From the NCBI GenBank assembly GCA_965237955.1, contig OZ250169.1, positions 2,464,001 through 2,528,000 of the forward strand: a stretch of 64,000 nt of DNA, given 5' to 3'. Shown here in pieces: positions 59,893 through 64,000 of the stretch. Source of the DNA: Candidatus Marinacidobacterales bacterium. Its GTDB lineage: Bacteria > Acidobacteriota > Vicinamibacteria > Marinacidobacterales > SMYC01. The notes beneath the pieces were generated by a model. The model had not been told where the DNA came from and ran no database searches. It worked only from the letters and a program-made list of their open reading frames with translations. Both the position numbers and the translations under genes were made by a program. How positions within the stretch are numbered: position 1 is the stretch's first letter; every line of letters starts with the position of its first letter.

Positions 59893-60360
59893 GTGATGAC
59901 GCGTTGCAAGCTGTGCCAGTGTTCGCCCGGATCGCCACCGGGAAGATCGGTGCGGCCGGCGCCGCCGATGAAGAGCCAGTCTCCGGTGAGGATCGCTCCG
60001 GGAAGCTTTAGTGTCAGACTGTCTTTCGTATGTCCGGGTGTTTCGATCGCTTCGATGGTGAGCGAGCCGAGTGCGAGCATCGAGCCGTCGGTGAGCCGTT
60101 CGGTTGGGTGGTTGGAGCCTGCCTTTTTGTGCCTGACGTAGGTCGCATCCGTACGTTCGCGAACAAGCACACCGCCCGAGATGTGGTCGGCGTGGGTGTG
60201 GGTGTCGATGACGTAGCGGAGCGTCCACGTGTTTTCTTTGAGAAATTTCAGGTAATCGTCCACGGACGCGATGACGGGATCGACGAGCGCGGCTTCTTTC
60301 GTTTCGGGCGAGCCGATAAACTACGTTTTGCAGGGGGCTGTTGAGTTGTTTCAGCGCCAT
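59893..60360 (-). pseudogene. MBL-fold metallo-hydrolase (persulfide dioxygenase-like), frameshifted and 3'-truncated
   Basis: DTHTHADH, TPGHT, TGD and GRTDLPGGD motifs. Runs into the stop of the convergent Omp85 gene. Confidence 0.8.
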
Positions 60361-60386
60361 AACGGAGAATTGTAGCAGGTGCCGCT

Positions 60387-61661
60387 ATGCCCCTAGTGAA
60401 CGAAGAGCTTCGCGAAAAAGCGCGCGCCATTTTCGAGGCGGGCCTCGCCGCGGCCGATCCCGCGCGACAGATCGAGGGCATCGATGTGCCCGTGCCGGTC
60501 GACGGGCGCCTGATGGTGTTCGGCGCGGGAAAAGCCGCGGCGCATCTAGCCAAAGCACTCGAAACGCGTCTTTCCGGTCGAGACTACTCGGGTCGGATCG
60601 TGGTCAAGTATGGCCACGGCGTGCCGCTCGGGCGCATCGTCGGCGAGGAAGGCGGGCATCCGCTTCCGGACGCGTCCGGCTTGCGCGCGACCGAGCGGCT
60701 CCTCGCAGACCTCGATAAAACCCGGGCGGAGGACCGCATCGTCTTTCTACTCACCGGCGGCGCGTCCGCGCTTCTCGTGGCTCCGGCGGAAGGGCTGACC
60801 CTCGACGACAAGATCGGCGTGACCGAGCTTCTTCTCCGTTCAGGTGCCACGATCCAGGAGCTCAACGCTGTCCGCAAGCATCTTTCGGCGGTGAAAGGTG
60901 GTCGCCTTTTGGAGCGCATGGTGCCTGCCCGAGTGCTCACCCTCCTGGTGTCCGATGTCATCGGCGACGACCTGTCTTCGATCGGCTCGGGCCCGACCGC
61001 GCTCGATCCGTCGACGTTTCGAGACGCGCTCGACGTGTTGACGCGCTACCACGTTGTCGACAACGCACCGGAGAACGTCGTACGGCACTTGCGCGCGGGA
61101 GTTGCCGGCGCCATCGCCGAGACACCGAAACCCGGCGACGGCGTGCTCGACTATGTCGAGCATCACCTGTTGGCGAGCAATCGCACCTCGCTCGTCGCGG
61201 CGGCCGAGAAAGCGCGTGCCCTCGGGTTCGAGACCGAAGTGTTCGCTCGAGACATGGTCGGTGACGTCCATACCCAAGCCAAACGCTTTGCGAAAGCGCT
61301 TGCGGCGCGAGCAGGACCGGCGGCGCTCCTCGCTGGAGGTGAGCTCACTCTCGAAGTCACCGGCACGGGAGTTGGGGGGCGGAGTCAGGAGTTCGCGCTC
61401 GTCGTCGCGCGGGAGTTGGCCGGACGCGACGACGTCATGGTGCTTGCGGCGGGCACGGATGGAACCGACGGGCCCACCGATGCCGCCGGAGCGTTCGCCA
61501 ACGGCCGTACGTGGGAGCGCGCACGCGAGCACGGGCTAGACCCGGACGCGCACCTCGCGAACAACGATGCCCATCACGTGTTCGATCCGCTGGACGCGCT
61601 TTTGAGAACCGGTCCCACCGGCACGAACGTGAACGATCTCGTCGTCGGGCTCGTTCACTGA
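60387..61661 (+). CDS. glycerate 2-kinase (MOFRL family)
   Basis: GAGKAA, GHPLPD, RKHLSAVKGG, GTDGTDG and TGPTGTNVND motifs. Confidence 0.92.
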   Translation: MPLVNEELREKARAIFEAGLAAADPARQIEGIDVPVPVDGRLMVFGAGKAAAHLAKALETRLSGRDYSGRIVVKYGHGVPLGRIVGEEGGHPLPDASGLRATERLLADLDKTRAEDRIVFLLTGGASALLVAPAEGLTLDDKIGVTELLLRSGATIQELNAVRKHLSAVKGGRLLERMVPARVLTLLVSDVIGDDLSSIGSGPTALDPSTFRDALDVLTRYHVVDNAPENVVRHLRAGVAGAIAETPKPGDGVLDYVEHHLLASNRTSLVAAAEKARALGFETEVFARDMVGDVHTQAKRFAKALAARAGPAALLAGGELTLEVTGTGVGGRSQEFALVVARELAGRDDVMVLAAGTDGTDGPTDAAGAFANGRTWERAREHGLDPDAHLANNDAHHVFDPLDALLRTGPTGTNVNDLVVGLVH

Positions 61662-61696
61662 GCCAATTGCAAGGGGAATTATATACAATTTCACCC

Positions 61697-61725
61697 TTGA
61701 CACTGAACCGACATTGGGGTAACAT
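61697..61725 (+). promoter_or_regulatory. sigma70-type transposase promoter
   Basis: TTGACA-17 bp-TAACAT, with GGAGG before ATG 61748. Confidence 0.75.
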
Positions 61726-61747
61726 CCTCCTGTAAATAGGGGAGGAT

Positions 61748-62699
61748 ATGGCACACTCAGCACCCGGCAAACACTACCGAGAAGGGCTTTCCTTCATCGA
61801 AGTAGCGGACATGTTTCCTGACAATCTCACCGCCGAACGATGGTTCGTGCAGGCGAGATGGCCGAATGGCGTATGCTGCCCGGCTTGCGGCTCGCTGAAT
61901 GTCCAGGCTCGACCGAAACGTAAACCGCAGCCCTTCCGCTGCCGTGAGAGGGACTGCCTCAACGACTTCTCGGTCAAGACCGGTACTCCGATGCAGAGCT
62001 CGAACCTTGGGCTGCGCAAGTGGGCGATCGCGTTCTACCTGCTGAGCACCGGAATCAAGGGCGTGTCTTCTATGAAGCTGCACCGCGATCTCAAAGTCAC
62101 ACAGAAGACGGCCTGGTTCATGCTGCACCGCATTCGCGAGACGTGGGACAAAGGTAGCTCGATGTTCGGCGGGCCGGTCGAAATCGACGAGACGTTTCGT
62201 CGGCGGCAAGGCCAAAAACATGCACACGCACAAGCGCAAGCAAGTCATAAAGGGACGCGGCTCCATCGGCAAGACGGCCGTCATCGGCGCGAAGGACCGC
62301 CGGACGAATCGCGTGAGCGCCGCTGTCGTCAAGAACGTAGACCAGCCTACACTCCATGGCTTCGTAGCCGAGAACGGCGAGCCTGGAGCGAAGGTGTATA
62401 CCGACGACCACGGAGGCTACGAGGGCCTACCTAACCACGAGACCGTCCGACACTCGGTGAAGGAGTACGTCAACGGCCAGGCCCACACGAACGGTATTGA
62501 GAGCTTTTGGGCCATGCTCAAGCGTGGATACTACGGCACGTACCACCGGATGAGCCCGAAGCACCTCCACCGCTACGTGGACGAATTCGCCGGCCGTCAC
62601 AATGTCCGCACGTCGGACACCATCGACCAGATGGCCGCCATGGTTCGCGGCATGGACGGCAAACGCCTTCGCTACAAGGACTTGGTGTCAAAGTTCTAG
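61748..62699 (+). pseudogene. IS1595 family transposase, frameshift near 62197
   Basis: RWPNG..CPACG Zn ribbon, KTAWFMLHRIRE and VEIDET, then in the next frame YTDD, HTNGIESFW and YVDEF. Confidence 0.9.
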
Positions 62700-63061
62700 T
62701 TGAGACCCAAGTTCTTAAGCGCGGATGCTAACTGCTCGGTGGTCTCTTTGCGCATCCTCTCATGTATAGCGAGCCTTTTCCGAGCGATATCAAGCTGCGT
62801 TGCTGCCGCCATGCCGATCTTGCGTGCAACCAACTCTCTCATTGCGCCGGTTGCTGAGTAGGGCGATACTCTCTTCGGTCTGGATTCAGTTTCAGGTGCG
62901 TCCTTTCTGAATTCCGCACGAATCTCAGCCTTGATCTTTCTCCCTTTCTGCTCAAGGCGCGCATCAATTTGTGCAAGACTATCCTCGAGTAAATCGCTGA
63001 TTTGCTCCAAGATGGCGTGAAGTTCTTTGCGCGAAACGGGTTTTGTGTTATCGTCGTGCAT
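62696..63061 (-). CDS. hypothetical protein (121 aa, helical)
   Basis: AAAGGA RBS. Convergent with and abutting the transposase stop. Confidence 0.6.
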   Translation of the reverse strand: MHDDNTKPVSRKELHAILEQISDLLEDSLAQIDARLEQKGRKIKAEIRAEFRKDAPETESRPKRVSPYSATGAMRELVARKIGMAAATQLDIARKRLAIHERMRKETTEQLASALKNLGLN

Positions 63062-63118
63062 AGCAGACGGTCCTTTCCTCTGTCGCCGATTGCTACTCGG
63101 CTCAGAATTTTAGTTGTT

Positions 63119-63155
63119 GAAGCCCCGGGGTTAAATCCTCGGGGCTTCGTGTTTT
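63119..63155. terminator. GC-rich hairpin, terminator-like
   Basis: GAAGCCCCGGGG-TTAAAT-CCTCGGGGCTTC followed by GTGTTTT. Confidence 0.5.
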
Positions 63156-63340
63156 AACGGCTCTATTGTACTGCTTTTCCGTCACTGCGAGAAATCTGCC
63201 GACACTCTAGAATTGTATGGGACTCGCGCGCGCCTGTCGCGTTATTCTGAGCCCTACCAAGTGCCGGTCGTCCCGCTACAAACCTCTTTCGTCGTCGGGT
63301 CGCCCACCCCCTAGCTTCTCAAGAAAAGGAACTGTTCGCA

Positions 63341-63712
63341 ATGAAAAGAAGTATAGCATTCGCCCTGTTATTCCTGAGTCTGGCCAGCGTAGTGTCGCTC
63401 ACAGCCCAGACAAACGAGAAAAGGATAGAACGCTTCAAAAAAATCTGGCAAGATTCCAAAGAACGTCAAAAGAGTATTAACGCGCTTTGTGCTGACGAAT
63501 GGGCAACGGACTTTGAGATGCAGAAGTATTGCCGTGACCAGCAGAAGGAAGGCTACGACGACTTGTCAGATATTTGGACCGAGGCGATGGAACACATCGG
63601 GGTAGCGGTTACTCAGTGTATCCTGGACTGGTCGGATGACTTGATGTTCGATTGGGCGATGATTCATTACTGCACGGACAATCAACTAACAGCCTGGAAA
63701 GAGTTGCAGTGA
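63341..63712 (+). CDS. hypothetical secreted protein with four Cys
   Basis: AAAGGA RBS, signal peptide and two C..xW..D..M..YC...Q repeats. Confidence 0.7.
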   Translation: MKRSIAFALLFLSLASVVSLTAQTNEKRIERFKKIWQDSKERQKSINALCADEWATDFEMQKYCRDQQKEGYDDLSDIWTEAMEHIGVAVTQCILDWSDDLMFDWAMIHYCTDNQLTAWKELQ

Positions 63713-63741
63713 AGGCTTTGTGAGGACGGAGAGTGGGAATC

Positions 63742-63933
63742 ATGAAGGAAAAGAAACCGAAGGTGAAGCGCGGTCGTGGCCGTCCGCGCGTCTACGTCAT
63801 GCCAGAGCCGATCCACGACACGCCAGAGAATATCGCCCGGATCTTCATGAACAGCCCGGTTGTGCCGAAAGGCGGGTGGCGGTTCCTCAAGGACGTGAAG
63901 TCGAAGGGGGTCCAGCTAAGCTTCATGCTATGA
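63742..63933 (+). CDS. small basic protein with AT-hook-like motif
   Basis: KRGRGRPR followed by PEPIHDTPENIAR. Confidence 0.6.
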   Translation: MKEKKPKVKRGRGRPRVYVMPEPIHDTPENIARIFMNSPVVPKGGWRFLKDVKSKGVQLSFML

Positions 63934-64000
63934 TTCGACCATGGGCAAAAAACACGGTCACAAACTTATACCGATAGAAAATAACGATCCGCAGCTCAAA

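Larger units (their letters stand above)
61673..64000 (+). mobile_element. IS1595 family element with probable passenger genes; right end not in the window
   Basis: Left-end-like GGGGAATTATATAC at 61673 and a drop in GC that persists to the window end. No matching right IR seen. Confidence 0.65.

Noticed and set aside
1-64000. CRISPR array or cas genes
   Set aside because: No regularly spaced 25-45-bp repeats with unique spacers and no Cas motifs were seen.

Overview
GC-rich bacterial chromosome segment, probably from a marine Acidobacteriota-like organism. That placement is an inference from PD40-type Ser/Thr kinase remnants, recR-mglBA synteny and a complete Na+-NQR operon. Intact housekeeping blocks are fhs, trmO, rbsK plus a nucleoside hydrolase, nqrABCDEF-apbE-nqrM, a Liv-type ABC/acyl-CoA ligase operon, tRNA-Ser-ffs-dnaX-ybaB-recR-mglB-mglA-tRNA-Asn, antiporters, an Omp85 protein and glycerate kinase. 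There are five IS elements: ISL3, IS256, ISNCY, ISAzo13 and IS1595. Four have both ends and a target duplication readable in the sequence. Two MITEs share CTAG-TCCCCTG ends. Many genes are broken, several apparently collapsed to their two ends by internal deletion. The most striking unexplained structure is the ~480-bp non-coding leader of the ISL3 element. It folds into two large stem domains whose mismatches all favour the strand antisense to the transposase, carries DnaA-box-like stems and has an AT-rich spacer. Other candidates are a wHTH + nucleotidyltransferase pair with three operators at exact 21-bp phase, a radical SAM enzyme with a CX3CX10C motif, and a hydrolase and glycosyltransferase translationally coupled into the ABC/ligase operon. 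All family calls come from motif recognition, not database searches. Single frameshifts may be sequencing errors.
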